DNA of 64,000 bases from an uncultured Pseudomonadales bacterium (GTDB taxonomy: Bacteria > Patescibacteriota > Microgenomatia > UBA1400 > RBG-16-45-19), in contig CAYYKL010000002.1 in the NCBI GenBank assembly GCA_964441155.1, positions 58,414-122,413 on the forward strand, read 5' to 3'. A program made the translations under genes and the position numbers. Under the pieces are notes generated by a model. That model saw only the letters and a list, made by a program, of their open reading frames with translations, searched no databases and was not told the DNA's origin. Shown here piece by piece: positions 1-10,493 of this stretch (positions are counted from its first letter, which is position 1; each line of letters starts with the position of its first letter).

Positions 1-127
1 TAATCACATGTTGCCCTGCTTTAAAATTTATTGTTCGAGGAGAATCAAGTTGCAGGGTAATCACACGACACTGACGAGATACCGGCTCAACCGTGGCTAC
101 TCTACTAACAAATTTTTGAATTGGCAT
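1..127 (-). CDS. FAD-binding oxidoreductase (ferredoxin-NADP reductase-like), N-terminal part, runs off the window edge
   Basis: Not in the ORF track. ATG at 127 gives MPIQKFVSRVATVEPVSRQCRVITLQLDSPRTINFKAGQHVI, with the FxAGQ motif typical of FNR-type FAD-binding domains. Starts 13 nt after the HMA gene stop. Confidence 0.6.
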   Translation of the reverse strand, partial: MPIQKFVSRVATVEPVSRQCRVITLQLDSPRTINFKAGQHVI

Positions 128-140
128 GGTAAATACGATT

Positions 141-365
141 CTAGCTTACCTGCTGAGCTTCGTAACCAGTTTGGCGGATCTGGTCGATAATGCTGTCAAC
201 AGATATCTTACTTGTGTCAAATTCCACGCTACATTCTTGGCGTGCATAGCTTGTTTTAACCGAATGTATGCCCGGCAAATCCTCTAAGTCAAATTCGATG
301 TTGAGGGCACACGCGCTGCAATGCATACCACTAAGCTTGAACTTTGCACTTGTTAGTGAACTCAT
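141..365 (-). CDS. copZ: Heavy-metal-associated (HMA) copper chaperone, CopZ-like
   Basis: 74 aa with GMHCSAC (GMxCxxC) motif; lies in the copper operon. Confidence 0.85.
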   Translation of the reverse strand: MSSLTSAKFKLSGMHCSACALNIEFDLEDLPGIHSVKTSYARQECSVEFDTSKISVDSIIDQIRQTGYEAQQVS

Positions 366-1378
366 ATAACCTCAATTACTCCATCGTACATACCCATCGA
401 ACAGGAAAAAGGTATCTTGCCTGTTTTTTCAGGCGTAAAGGTCACTCTTTGCGTTTCATTCGCTTGTAAATTCTTTTTAATTCCCAACGATGGGATTCTG
501 AAAGCAGCGGCACAACTATATGCATCAACTCCAACAAGTTTTAAAGTGACGGGCACACCTTTGCGGACTTGAATACGATTGGGGCTATACCCGTTTGCAG
601 TAACCTTGATTTCTATAGTTTGCTGCACTGGCTCTTCGTCATAGAGTTTCTCTTCATGAGTTTCATTGGCTGGCGTTTGACTGATTCCTTGGACTGCTTG
701 GTAAGAGAGTGGCAATCCAAGCGCAACCATGCTTCCTTTAATGGACGTTAAACCAAGATAGAGCACTGCTAACGCGGCCACTTTTAGGAATTTTGACTGC
801 ATAGCCGCTCCTAAAAGAGAAGTAATGAATCCTACACCGAAAAAAAGCGGTGCAGTCCCGAGCGTAAACGCAATCATGATAGCTGCACCTTGCCATGGGT
901 TGGCACTGCTTATGGCTAATGCCTCCATTGCCAGAGTCGTTCCACAGGGAATAAAGACGGTTAGTGCCCCCAACAATGCCGGAGCAAACACATCTTTTGA
1001 GCGTGATTGATTTTTAATCAGCCTCGAAAAATATTTGGGTGGCTGGATAATTACGTATCGAAAGATGGGATGAATTTCCAATAAATTAAGCGCCACCAAA
1101 ATCATGTAAATGCCAGCAACTAATTGCATAACAATTTGAGCCTGATCGCTTATATTGAGCGCCCCTCCAAATGCGCCCAGCACAAAACCAAGAACCGCAT
1201 GAGCAACCAACTTTGCGAGCAAAAAAACGGCAGTAGAAAATACTGCATGTAATTTAGAGGTGCTTTCTCGTTCTTTTTCTTGGAGAGAAACAATTGAGGC
1301 CAAAAGACCACCTTGAACTGCCAAACAACTCAATCCACCGATGGTCAGACCGGTAAAGAAAATTACTCCGAGATTCAT
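362..1378 (-). CDS. DsbD_2/TauE-like membrane protein fused to a C-terminal cupredoxin domain
   Basis: Multiple TM helices with SCLAVQGG and FIPCG motifs; C-terminal FTP..G...FSCSMGMY cupredoxin signature. Confidence 0.8.
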   Translation of the reverse strand: MNLGVIFFTGLTIGGLSCLAVQGGLLASIVSLQEKERESTSKLHAVFSTAVFLLAKLVAHAVLGFVLGAFGGALNISDQAQIVMQLVAGIYMILVALNLLEIHPIFRYVIIQPPKYFSRLIKNQSRSKDVFAPALLGALTVFIPCGTTLAMEALAISSANPWQGAAIMIAFTLGTAPLFFGVGFITSLLGAAMQSKFLKVAALAVLYLGLTSIKGSMVALGLPLSYQAVQGISQTPANETHEEKLYDEEPVQQTIEIKVTANGYSPNRIQVRKGVPVTLKLVGVDAYSCAAAFRIPSLGIKKNLQANETQRVTFTPEKTGKIPFSCSMGMYDGVIEVI

Positions 1379-1382
1379 GATT

Positions 1383-3683
1383 TTAAAGCCTCACTTTTTT
1401 TAATAGTAATGAATTACCCACCACCGAGACCGATGAAAGCGCCATAGCTAATCCGGCAAACACAGGATTTAATAGAATCCCGAATAGTGGATAGAGCGCT
1501 CCAGCCGCAATGGGAATACCAACAACATTGTATATGAAAGCCCAAAATAAATTTTGCTTAATAGTGCGCAAAGATAGACGAGACAACTTTATGGCCTGAG
1601 GGATCTTGGCAATATCACCACCTAATAAGGTAATGTCTGCCGATTCAATCGCCACGTCTGTGCCAGAACTCATGGCGATGCCAATGTCCGCCTGAGTCAA
1701 TGCCGGCGCATCGTTAATGCCATCCCCAACCATAGCCACAATTTGACCTTCAAGTTGCAATCGTTTAACTGCTTGCGATTTATCTTGTGGCATCACTTGA
1801 GCGATCACTGTATCGATCCCCACTTGTTGGGCAATATGCTGTGCTGCTTGTTTATTGTCCCCCGTTAATAAAATGGTGTTAAGTTTCATTGCATGTAATC
1901 GGCGAATTGTTTCTTTAGCGCTTTCCTTTATCGTATCGCTTATAGCAATAATCCCTTGCATTTTTTTATCAATGATTACTACAATCACTGTTTTTCCTTG
2001 GGCTTGCAGTGTAACGATATCTTGATTATCAAGTTCGTGATTTATTGGTTTTCGAACACCAACGTGGGAAGCGTTAATTATTCCTTCAACTCCCATACCT
2101 TCAGATTCTTTAAAGTTTTCTACTTTGGCAAATTTTTTGCCCACATCTTTGACTTTTGCTACTATTGCCTGTGCGAGGGGATGCTGAGAATTATTTTCTA
2201 AACTAGCAGCCAGATGCATAATTGACTCGTTGGAATAATCCTCATTGCAGGCAATGACGTCGGTTACTTTCGGTTGTCCCTTCGTCACCGTCCCCGTTTT
2301 ATCGAACACCACCGTAGTAACTTTATGTAATTTCTCCAGACTTTCGGCGTTTTTTATGAGGATTCCTTTTTGAGCTCCTTTACCCACCCCCACAATTATT
2401 GCAGTAGGGGTTGCCAAGCCTAAAGCACACGGACAGGCAATCACTAAGATCCCCACAAATGAGAGTAGCCCCAAGGATAATGCAGAAGCGAAGCCCAAAA
2501 ATAGCGACCCGACTGTGAGCCAGACAATAAGAGCCAGGAAAGCAATGACTAAAACCGTGGGTACAAATATTTGAGATATGACATCTGCCAAGTTTTGGAT
2601 GGGTGCTTTCGTTCCTTGAGCTTCTTCAACTAAGTGGATTATTTGTGCAAGCATGGTATCTGAGCCAACCTTGGTGGCTTTAATGGTAATACTGCCTTGC
2701 TTGTTCAGCGTTGCTCCAATAACCAAATCTCCAATTTTTTTGTCCTGAGGAATCGATTCACCGGTGATCATAGATTCATCGATGCTGGTTGAGCCTTCAA
2801 TAATAACTCCATCTACGGGCACTTTTGCTCCAGGCTTCACTTGTATTAATTCACCAATCATCACTTCAGACAGAGGGATTTCAATCTCCTTACCCTCACG
2901 TACTACTAATGCCGTTTTGGCTTGTAAATTGAGCAATTTTTCGATTGCCTCACCCGTTTTAAGCTTTGAACGAGCCTCCAAATATTTGCCTAGCGTGATA
3001 AATCCAATAACCACAATCGTGACATCAAAATAGGTATATTCTGGTGCGCTGAGTAGCACACGAATTGGGGGAAACAAAAAAATGAGACTGCTGTAAAAAA
3101 ATGCCGTCAGTGTGCCGATGCCAATCAATGTATCCATATTGGCTACTCGATAGGAAATAAAACGACTCACTCCTAGTAGATAAGGCTTGCCTATCCAAAA
3201 GAGAAACACAGCCGAAATAATCATAGAAATGGCATTAAATAATCCCATGGGAATAGGCAAATTAGGCACTGGTGAAAATGACTTGGCTGCAATGTCCCAC
3301 ATCATCATCGCAAAAATGACCAAAGTGATGGGCAGAGCAAAATCAACTTTTGTTTTCAATTCGGCTAATTGCTGGATTTTTTCCGCTTTATTTTGATTGA
3401 GTCCGCCATGATCGGCATGTGACTCTGTCGGGTTATCTTTTGCAACTTCGTGATCCATGTGATCTTGTTGATCGACAAGTGTGTATCCCAGTTTATTGAT
3501 TTCACCATTCATCGCATGAACTGAGGTTTTTGTAGGATCAAAGGCGACGCGTGCTTGTTCGGTGGCGACGTTTATCTCACAGGCTTCAACTCCAGGCAGT
3601 TTGCTCAATTTTTTGGTAATAATGGCACTGCAACTAGCGCAGTGCATGCCTGAAACTGTTAATTTTTTCTCGGTTATCTTCAT
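1383..3683 (-). CDS. copA: Cu(I)-translocating P1B-type ATPase
   Basis: N-terminal GMHCASC, TGES, CPC in the TM segment, DKTGT, HP, GDGINDAP, YN and MxxSS motifs. ATG at 3683 preferred over GTG at 3707. Confidence 0.95.
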   Translation of the reverse strand: MKITEKKLTVSGMHCASCSAIITKKLSKLPGVEACEINVATEQARVAFDPTKTSVHAMNGEINKLGYTLVDQQDHMDHEVAKDNPTESHADHGGLNQNKAEKIQQLAELKTKVDFALPITLVIFAMMMWDIAAKSFSPVPNLPIPMGLFNAISMIISAVFLFWIGKPYLLGVSRFISYRVANMDTLIGIGTLTAFFYSSLIFLFPPIRVLLSAPEYTYFDVTIVVIGFITLGKYLEARSKLKTGEAIEKLLNLQAKTALVVREGKEIEIPLSEVMIGELIQVKPGAKVPVDGVIIEGSTSIDESMITGESIPQDKKIGDLVIGATLNKQGSITIKATKVGSDTMLAQIIHLVEEAQGTKAPIQNLADVISQIFVPTVLVIAFLALIVWLTVGSLFLGFASALSLGLLSFVGILVIACPCALGLATPTAIIVGVGKGAQKGILIKNAESLEKLHKVTTVVFDKTGTVTKGQPKVTDVIACNEDYSNESIMHLAASLENNSQHPLAQAIVAKVKDVGKKFAKVENFKESEGMGVEGIINASHVGVRKPINHELDNQDIVTLQAQGKTVIVVIIDKKMQGIIAISDTIKESAKETIRRLHAMKLNTILLTGDNKQAAQHIAQQVGIDTVIAQVMPQDKSQAVKRLQLEGQIVAMVGDGINDAPALTQADIGIAMSSGTDVAIESADITLLGGDIAKIPQAIKLSRLSLRTIKQNLFWAFIYNVVGIPIAAGALYPLFGILLNPVFAGLAMALSSVSVVGNSLLLKKVRL

Positions 3684-3685
3684 GT

Positions 3686-4255
3686 CTAGTTGGTTATTGA
3701 ATACCACTCACTGCGCCAATTTTTTAACGTAACTAGGCTATTGGTCAAAAAGTTTTCAACGGCATTAGCGTTATCTAATACTTCTGATCGACTGCTTTTG
3801 GTGCGAATTTCCTGAGCCATTGCTATGCCATCCTCATGATGGGCGATGAGCGCATTAAGAAATCTCAAATCCAGCGTATCATCGGCTTGACCCATATTGG
3901 GTACGATCGGGTCTTTGACTTCACTCGTATCGTTATACCAAGCTTGCTTAAACGCATACAGTTCATTGATCAGTTTTGGTTCGTTGACTTGAATTTCCAA
4001 AGCCAAATGTTTAATCTCTTCACGATTTGTTTTGTCAGCCACGTCTTTGGCCAGAAGAATTGCTGCCTGATGATGCGCTGCCATTTGATTGAGGTAGCGA
4101 AGATCTACCGATCGATCGGCTGCGCCCAAACCCATCTCCTCTTTTTCATACATTGACTGCTCATAAAGTGGCGATAGGGCATAGCCTGCCCCCAAGCCAA
4201 CAAAAAGCGATACGATAGCTAGGGAAGTTGCCATGGCGAGCGAAATCGATTTCAT
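3686..4255 (-). CDS. DUF305-family ferritin-like exported protein (CopM-like)
   Basis: N-terminal hydrophobic segment; two repeats D-L-R-Y/F-L-N-x-M/L-x-A-H-H. Confidence 0.8.
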   Translation of the reverse strand: MKSISLAMATSLAIVSLFVGLGAGYALSPLYEQSMYEKEEMGLGAADRSVDLRYLNQMAAHHQAAILLAKDVADKTNREEIKHLALEIQVNEPKLINELYAFKQAWYNDTSEVKDPIVPNMGQADDTLDLRFLNALIAHHEDGIAMAQEIRTKSSRSEVLDNANAVENFLTNSLVTLKNWRSEWYSITN

Positions 4256-4258
4256 TGT

Positions 4259-4534
4259 TTACTCTCCACTCTTTTTAAAAATATTCATTACTTCAATGAT
4301 TGCTTCACTTTTATTACCTTTGGTTATGGAGTGAGCGACACATGTGTTTAAGTGTTCTTCGAGAACCAGGGAATCAACTTGTTTAAGCGCTTTTTGCACC
4401 GCTTGTGACTGATGAATTACATCTATGCAATATGCATCAGTTTCGATCATAGTCAATACTTTTTTCAGATGACCTTGAGCGATTTTTACTCGATGAAGTA
4501 CACGTTCTTTGTGATCTTCTGGTTGGTAAGCCAT
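4259..4534 (-). CDS. csoR: Metal-sensing transcriptional repressor, CsoR/RcnR family
   Basis: YCIDVIHQ...EEHLNTCV gives the C-H-C Cu(I) ligand set; first gene of the copper operon. Confidence 0.92.
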   Translation of the reverse strand: MAYQPEDHKERVLHRVKIAQGHLKKVLTMIETDAYCIDVIHQSQAVQKALKQVDSLVLEEHLNTCVAHSITKGNKSEAIIEVMNIFKKSGE

Positions 4535-4556
4535 ATATCCCCCTATAGGGGATATA
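4534..4556. promoter_or_regulatory. CsoR-type operator
   Basis: TATATCCCCC-TATA-GGGGATATA, a C-tract/G-tract pseudo-palindrome directly upstream of csoR. It overlaps a candidate -10 (TACTAT, minus strand, 4554-4559) with -35 TTGACG at 4576-4581. Confidence 0.8.
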
Positions 4557-4668
4557 GTAACAGAACTATTTGACTCGTCAATTGCGAATTATTGGTAACA
4601 GTTATTATTAAGCATGGAAGATTTCCTTCTCCTGATACAGGTTGCCCATTTTGAATTATAATTCAATC

Positions 4669-5217
4669 ATGAAACCTATAAAATGGAAACTTCTCACTGA
4701 TCAGGACATTTCACCAAGCCCCTGGTTTCCGCTGCAGAGGCGGACATATGAATTAGCTAATGGCAAGATCGTTGATGATTTTTATGTAACACCTTTGGCC
4801 GACGTGGCGCTGATTATTCCCATCACCAAACAGGGGAATGTCATTATGGTCAAGCAATATAAGCAAGGCGTGGATGACATTACGCTTGAATTTCCTGCCG
4901 GACGAAAAGAGCCTCATCACAAGGATATGCTCGAAACAGCCATCGAAGAACTTGCAGAAGAAACGGGGATAAAGACTTCAAATCTCACCTATTTTGCCAC
5001 TGTGGCTGGATTCACCACCAAAGCGAGCGAGAAAGTTTTTTGTTATGTAGCAACCGATGTCGAATTGATGGGCGAGCAGCACCTGGATGAAAACGAAGCC
5101 ATTGAGGTGATTGAATTTTCGAAAGAACAAATTGATCAAGTAATCTATGACGGCAAAATGCTTTCTGCGGTTAGTATTTCTGCCTGGATTCTGGCGAAAG
5201 AAAAATTTTCACTTTAA
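4669..5217 (+). CDS. NUDIX hydrolase (ADP-ribose pyrophosphatase-like)
   Basis: LEFPAG...AIEELAEETG Nudix box. ATG at 4669 lies 6 nt after TATAAT. Confidence 0.88.
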   Translation: MKPIKWKLLTDQDISPSPWFPLQRRTYELANGKIVDDFYVTPLADVALIIPITKQGNVIMVKQYKQGVDDITLEFPAGRKEPHHKDMLETAIEELAEETGIKTSNLTYFATVAGFTTKASEKVFCYVATDVELMGEQHLDENEAIEVIEFSKEQIDQVIYDGKMLSAVSISAWILAKEKFSL

Positions 5218-5221
5218 TATA

Positions 5222-6397
5222 ATGAAGCTCATTTCACCTCGCAATAATCGAATTTTCTATACCTCTCAATTCTTACATTCTTTGATATTTACCATCCCCA
5301 TTTGGATTGTGTACTACCAACAAAAGATTACGGTGAGCCAAATTTCTTTTTTGGTAGCCTATCAATATCTCATTCAAGTATTAGGTGAGCTTCCAAGTGG
5401 AGCAATGGCAGATTTACTGGGTAAGCGGATTACAATTGTTATCGGTTTCTTGATTGGAAGTATTAGCTTTCTTCTTTTCCCGTTTTCGCAAACATTTGCC
5501 CACTTTTTTTGGCTGGCAACCTTGGTGGGTATTTCTGATTCATTTCTTTCCGGTTCCGTTGAAGCGCTTGTCTATGATTCACAAAAACAAGATGGGTTAG
5601 AGGCTCAGTTTTCCAAAGTTCAAGCCACTCACTCGTTTTGGTATCAAATTGGCCTAGCCAGCTCAACCATAATGGGTGGGTATTTGTTCGCACTTAATCG
5701 AAACATTCCGTATGTTTTATATGGTTTGTCCCTGTTTTTTGCCACCCTGTTGGCACTTTTATACATTGAGCCAAAAATAGATTCCGCCAGGTTCACGTTT
5801 AAAAACTATCTTAATCAAATCAAAGAGGGGGCAAAAGAATTGTTCAAAGATGAACATACTAAAAGAATTTCTTGGTTTTATATCTGGGTTGGGGCTATTA
5901 CGTGGTCAACACAACTTTACTTCAAAGGAGTCTTTCTCATCGAGCTCGGGTTTAGCGATCGTGCCCGTGGAATTATTGAAGGTGGATTGCGACTCATCAA
6001 CGTGTTATTGATAGCTAGTGTATTTAAAAATAGTAGGTTTTTTACCAAACAGAGAAGCATCTGGTTATTTCCATTGGTCATGATATTGGCATTTTTGCCT
6101 GGAATGATTGCGAGTGGCTATTCTGGCATTCCGCTCGTTGCAGGTGTCATGTTTGCTAGCACAGCTCGCTGGATCCTCTTATCGAAATATACCAATGAAG
6201 CCTACGACTCCAAATATCGCGCAACGGCTATTTCAACCTTAAGCATGCTTATTGGCGTGATTTATATCGCTCTCACCTTGATTTCTGGTCCAATTATGGA
6301 GCACTTTGGTGGCTCTAAGATGATGTATTCGTTGCTTGGTTTACTCACGCTACTTACTGTTTTGCCACTGGCACGAAAAATTACACGACTGAGTTAA
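5222..6397 (+). CDS. MFS transporter
   Basis: About 12 TM segments, with ELPSGAMADLLGKR (MFS motif A-like) and RATAIS. ATG at 5222 avoids overlap with the NUDIX gene. Confidence 0.85.
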   Translation: MKLISPRNNRIFYTSQFLHSLIFTIPIWIVYYQQKITVSQISFLVAYQYLIQVLGELPSGAMADLLGKRITIVIGFLIGSISFLLFPFSQTFAHFFWLATLVGISDSFLSGSVEALVYDSQKQDGLEAQFSKVQATHSFWYQIGLASSTIMGGYLFALNRNIPYVLYGLSLFFATLLALLYIEPKIDSARFTFKNYLNQIKEGAKELFKDEHTKRISWFYIWVGAITWSTQLYFKGVFLIELGFSDRARGIIEGGLRLINVLLIASVFKNSRFFTKQRSIWLFPLVMILAFLPGMIASGYSGIPLVAGVMFASTARWILLSKYTNEAYDSKYRATAISTLSMLIGVIYIALTLISGPIMEHFGGSKMMYSLLGLLTLLTVLPLARKITRLS

Positions 6398-6398
6398 A

Positions 6399-7625
6399 CT
6401 ACTTACCCACAAACACAATCGCATTAGGGATTGCCCTGCCAGGACCAACTTTATAGCCGCCACTCCAAAGCGCAGTTGAGCCTCCGGAGTCAAGATTGAG
6501 CGCGTTTTGGATGCCCATATCCTTAAGCACGATCGCTGTTTCGGCCACAGTGGCAGAGTGAACAACACCAATGTAGACATTTGATCCAGATGCTCCGACA
6601 AAACTTCTGTTTCCCCGAGATCCCTTTTTAGGATCTCCATCGCCACCAAAAACAACTGTTCCCCCAGAAACAAGCAGTGGTTGATTAGCAATCATGCTAT
6701 CAATGCCAGTGTCTCGACCCCAATCAGAAGATCTGCCAACAAATCGAGCCGAATTACCAGAGAAAATAACTGCTGGCACTGAACTATAGACGTTATTATC
6801 AGAATTAAAATACACTTTATTTTTGTTCATGAGCAAGGTGTCAAACGAGTTGGTTTTACCAGCACATGAAGGGTAGGTAGCCGGACAAAAATATGAGCCG
6901 TTTATGCCCGCATATCCACCACTTCTTGAAACGTAGTCTCCAAGTGAAAGAACAGGGCAATCATTGGTGCAGGTGCTATCAGAAGCCGTATCAACGATAA
7001 CTCGCGTGCTATTCATGTCAGCTGTAACAATGCTCACGAGGTAGTTGCCAATTGAGGTCTGCACTTGTGATCGCTGATAGCCACTTGATGGGGGAGTGTT
7101 TGCCACCGGCACCGAAGCGGGAATTGTCGGTTGCGGAACCAACTGTGCCTGCATTGACTTAATATCACTCCCCAGCTTTGTAAGAACGCTTGATCCGCTA
7201 GCAAAATTGCGCTCGCTTAAGTATGTAAGTACCATAGCAAAATCTTGCTCCATTGAATCTGATTTTGCCCCCATTTCCTTGAGTTTCACTAAGTCCTCGA
7301 ACGCGTCAACTGCCTGCGTATACGTGCTTTGGATGTTTTTGATTTCTTCCTGTAACTCAAGATTAACGAGTCGTTGATCTTGAGAAGCAAGCTCACTTAA
7401 AGCTGCGGACGTGCTGGCTAATTGAACCGCCAGCTCATCGCGACTCTGTTCAAAATCACTTGCTTGAGCTCGCACGTCGGCTAATGAGGTATCTAATTGC
7501 TGAGCTTCGCGGTTAACGATAAAAGTCACCAGGGCTAAGAAGCAGATAACCGCAAGCAAAACACCTGGCAAAACAAATTGTCGAGCGTAATGAAATGTTT
7601 TTGAGGGAATATGCATTAAGTTCAT
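6399..7625 (-). CDS. Membrane-anchored coiled-coil protein with a phosphodiester glycosidase (NAGPA/DUF2233) domain
   Basis: N-terminal TM, heptad coiled coil, then INGSYF, NLDSGGSTAL and RAIPNAIVF motifs. Confidence 0.8.
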   Translation of the reverse strand: MNLMHIPSKTFHYARQFVLPGVLLAVICFLALVTFIVNREAQQLDTSLADVRAQASDFEQSRDELAVQLASTSAALSELASQDQRLVNLELQEEIKNIQSTYTQAVDAFEDLVKLKEMGAKSDSMEQDFAMVLTYLSERNFASGSSVLTKLGSDIKSMQAQLVPQPTIPASVPVANTPPSSGYQRSQVQTSIGNYLVSIVTADMNSTRVIVDTASDSTCTNDCPVLSLGDYVSRSGGYAGINGSYFCPATYPSCAGKTNSFDTLLMNKNKVYFNSDNNVYSSVPAVIFSGNSARFVGRSSDWGRDTGIDSMIANQPLLVSGGTVVFGGDGDPKKGSRGNRSFVGASGSNVYIGVVHSATVAETAIVLKDMGIQNALNLDSGGSTALWSGGYKVGPGRAIPNAIVFVGK

Positions 7626-8020
7626 GGTAACAGATCGGGGACCATGCCCAAAAATTATGCATTTACAATTTTCGCTCGAACCAACCTTAAGTGTTTAACA
7701 TAGGAGTATTGCATCAAGAAATCTGTTGAGCATGCTTTCAAAAAGCAGTGGAAAACTATAAAAATCGCAATTTAATTAATTGAAGATTTTTCCGTCTTTT
7801 TGATGCCGTTTTCGTGCATGTAAGTCGAAATAATTTTTTTATTTTTTTGATTATAATCCTTGCACTATTTATGTCGCACAACAATTAACGCATTTATTAT
7901 TGATAATTAGCGAAAAATAACATTTTTTCAGGCTAAAAATTCATTTTTGATTTCACTATAATCCGCTAAATTGCTTCCATCTCCCCCACTCCCAGGCTAA
8001 AAAGGTATAATGCTTTTTCT

Positions 8021-9127
8021 ATGAGCATCCAAAGCACAATTCCACCAACTATTTTCAAGTCTAAAAACGGCCGATTGTCTTTACCTTTGTTCTTCCCCGA
8101 CGCTACCAAAGGCTTCTTGCGAACAGTTGATTCCCAAGACATTGAAAAAACTCACACACCGGGTGTTTTAGTCAATACATGGCATCTGGCGCATGATTTT
8201 CCACCTGAAATCTTGAAGCAATTTGGAGGAATTCGCAAATACATGGGTTGGCGTGGCGCAGTTATCTCGGACTCTGGCGGCTTTCAAATCATGAGCTTGC
8301 TCAAGGAAAAGGGCTTGGGTAAGGTGGCTGAAGATGGCATGCGCATGCCTATATCCAAAAAGAAAACGCTCACGCTTACGCCAGAGGATTCGATCAATTT
8401 ACAATTTTCACTGGGCACAGACCTCATGGTAGTGCTCGATGATTTTACGCCACTGCAGTCCACGCATACGCAAGCGCTCGAGACGGTTGAACGCACCATC
8501 CGTTGGGCAAAGCGGTGTAAACAGACTCACGCAGAAAATTGCGAGCGACTCGAGCTTGAATCAAACCAAAGACCATATCTCATAGCCGTTGTTCAAGGCG
8601 GACTCCATAACGATTTGCGAGCATATTGTGCCCAAGAACTCGTGCAAATCGGCTTTGATGGGTTAGGATTTGGCGGCAACCCTATGCTTCCTGACGGATC
8701 TTTTAATCATGAGGTTGCCGAACTTATCGCTTCGATTGCACCCAAAAACTATCTTCTCTATGGATTGGGAATTGGCATGCCAGATGACATCGTGGCCTGT
8801 GTAAATAAAGGATTTCATGTATTTGATTGCGTGCTCCCTAGCCGTGACGCTCGACACAAACGCTTATATGTTTACACTGCCAAAAGCATGAGCGATATTG
8901 ATCTCAAACAATCTGACTTTTATGCATATTATTATCCGGATAAACAAAAATATCTTGCCGATACTCAACCGGTCAGCCAAGCATGTGATTGCCTATTATG
9001 CACCCGATATTCTCGAGGATATTTATCGTATTTATTCAAGTCGCAAGAAGCAACCGCGCTGCGCCTGGCCACGATTCACAATTTGCGGTTTTATTCCATA
9101 CTGATGGAGAAATTGGTTCCAAAATGA
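8021..9127 (+). CDS. tgt: tRNA-guanine transglycosylase
   Basis: DSGGFQ, VQGG and FDCVLPSRDAR motifs; zinc site CDCLLC...HNL. Confidence 0.92.
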   Translation: MSIQSTIPPTIFKSKNGRLSLPLFFPDATKGFLRTVDSQDIEKTHTPGVLVNTWHLAHDFPPEILKQFGGIRKYMGWRGAVISDSGGFQIMSLLKEKGLGKVAEDGMRMPISKKKTLTLTPEDSINLQFSLGTDLMVVLDDFTPLQSTHTQALETVERTIRWAKRCKQTHAENCERLELESNQRPYLIAVVQGGLHNDLRAYCAQELVQIGFDGLGFGGNPMLPDGSFNHEVAELIASIAPKNYLLYGLGIGMPDDIVACVNKGFHVFDCVLPSRDARHKRLYVYTAKSMSDIDLKQSDFYAYYYPDKQKYLADTQPVSQACDCLLCTRYSRGYLSYLFKSQEATALRLATIHNLRFYSILMEKLVPK

Positions 9128-9131
9128 TACA

Positions 9132-9344
9132 TTGAAAACAATGATGAAAAATAAATTTGATCGATATTACGTAGCCTTAAACCTGTTTGGTGCTTCATGT
9201 TTTAGTTTTGCAATAGGCATCAACTTTTCGAAACTGCGCCCAGAATTGACGGAAAACTATCTACTGACATTCATCTTCTTCATTCTTGGATCATTGCTTA
9301 TGTGGTATGCAGACTATCGATATAGGAATGAAAAGAGAAAATAA
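9132..9344 (+). CDS. Small two-TM hypothetical membrane protein
   Basis: Two hydrophobic helices with basic ends; directly follows tgt. Confidence 0.55.
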   Translation: MKTMMKNKFDRYYVALNLFGASCFSFAIGINFSKLRPELTENYLLTFIFFILGSLLMWYADYRYRNEKRK

Positions 9345-9493
9345 AAGTTTACTATTTTGGCAAGATTCCTTCCGAGAGCGTCAACTAAAACTGAGGAAAG
9401 AGTTTTACTTTTAATACCTTTTTAGTTGGTGCCGTATTTTTCAAATAAACAATCTTTTTCCAGGCGAAAAGCACAGTGCTCAATAATAATTAT

Positions 9494-10114
9494 CTAATTA
9501 AACTGAAATGTTTCAAATATTTGATTGCATGTTCCATGTGGTCCAATATTGACAATCGCGAGCCCATTCACTTTCATAGCTATTTCCTGCTTGGGTAATT
9601 TTTCAATTGTTTCTGACACTGCGCTGGAGTCTTTCAGTCTAGCAAGCGTTATGTGAGGGCGGAAAAACTTTTCTGTTAGCGGATGCCCATATTTGGTAAC
9701 CAGTGCGATTTGCTGCTCATTGATTTGATTATTTTTAATCAACTCAAGAATTGAATCGGTAATAATTTGAGATCTCAATGGATTGCAAGCATTAAGCAGG
9801 TTCATGTGCAGTTCGTATAATTCATTGGATACCGAAGCATTGAGAAAGAGATAATCAGCAAAATAATCGTATTCAGAAAGCCGAATATCAAATGCTGATG
9901 TTTTTTTCGCAATATCAGCAACAACTTTTGTTAATTTATTTTTCACAGATTCCTCATAGATAGCATGATAGACGCTAATATGCGGCAAGTAGTTAGATTC
10001 ATCCAAAGTGAAGTATGATTCAGTCGTTTCATTAATCGACTGACTTAATGCTATTGCCTGACTTCTAGTGTTTTCATCGGGAAAGATGGCTATATTGAGT
10101 GCTAAAGTATTCAT
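9494..10114 (-). CDS. 2H phosphoesterase (2'-5' RNA ligase / LigT-like family)
   Basis: Two HxS/T motifs: PHISVY and PHITLAR. Confidence 0.82.
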   Translation of the reverse strand: MNTLALNIAIFPDENTRSQAIALSQSINETTESYFTLDESNYLPHISVYHAIYEESVKNKLTKVVADIAKKTSAFDIRLSEYDYFADYLFLNASVSNELYELHMNLLNACNPLRSQIITDSILELIKNNQINEQQIALVTKYGHPLTEKFFRPHITLARLKDSSAVSETIEKLPKQEIAMKVNGLAIVNIGPHGTCNQIFETFQFN

Positions 10115-10117
10115 AGG

Positions 10118-10492
10118 TTATTTGTGCATCTTCTGCACTGCTCGAGCCGGCAACATCAAACACTTCTGCCTCCCCGCTGAAATATTGACGCCAATCAGTG
10201 ACTGCATGTATGCCAAATCAAGCATTTTTAAATCTTTCGCTGACTTCCCCTTCAGGTTTTCAGTCAAAATTGAGCTTACGGCGGTTGAAATCACACAACC
10301 TTCCCCATCAAAACGAACATCTTTAATTACTTGAATTCCATCGTCATTTTTCTCAAGAGTAACATAAAAGGTAAATGAATCGCCACAGCTGGCATTTGAT
10401 TCTTCTATGATAACGTCAGCGTTTTCAATTTTCCCCCAATTTCGAGGGTGCTTGAAGTGATCTAGGAGAAATTCTTGGTAAAGGTCATCCAT
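10118..10492 (-). CDS. sufU: SUF-system U-type sulfur-transfer/scaffold protein
   Basis: LYQE..LDH...PRN, SCGD, FDGEGCVIS and RQKCLML motifs. Confidence 0.9.
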   Translation of the reverse strand: MDDLYQEFLLDHFKHPRNWGKIENADVIIEESNASCGDSFTFYVTLEKNDDGIQVIKDVRFDGEGCVISTAVSSILTENLKGKSAKDLKMLDLAYMQSLIGVNISAGRQKCLMLPARAVQKMHK

Positions 10493-10493
10493 G

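Noticed and set aside
7626-8020. 395-bp AT-rich intergenic region as a possible oriC; CAGGCTAAAAA repeated at 7929 and 7993
   Set aside because: No cluster of DnaA boxes and no dnaA nearby; divergent promoters explain the region.
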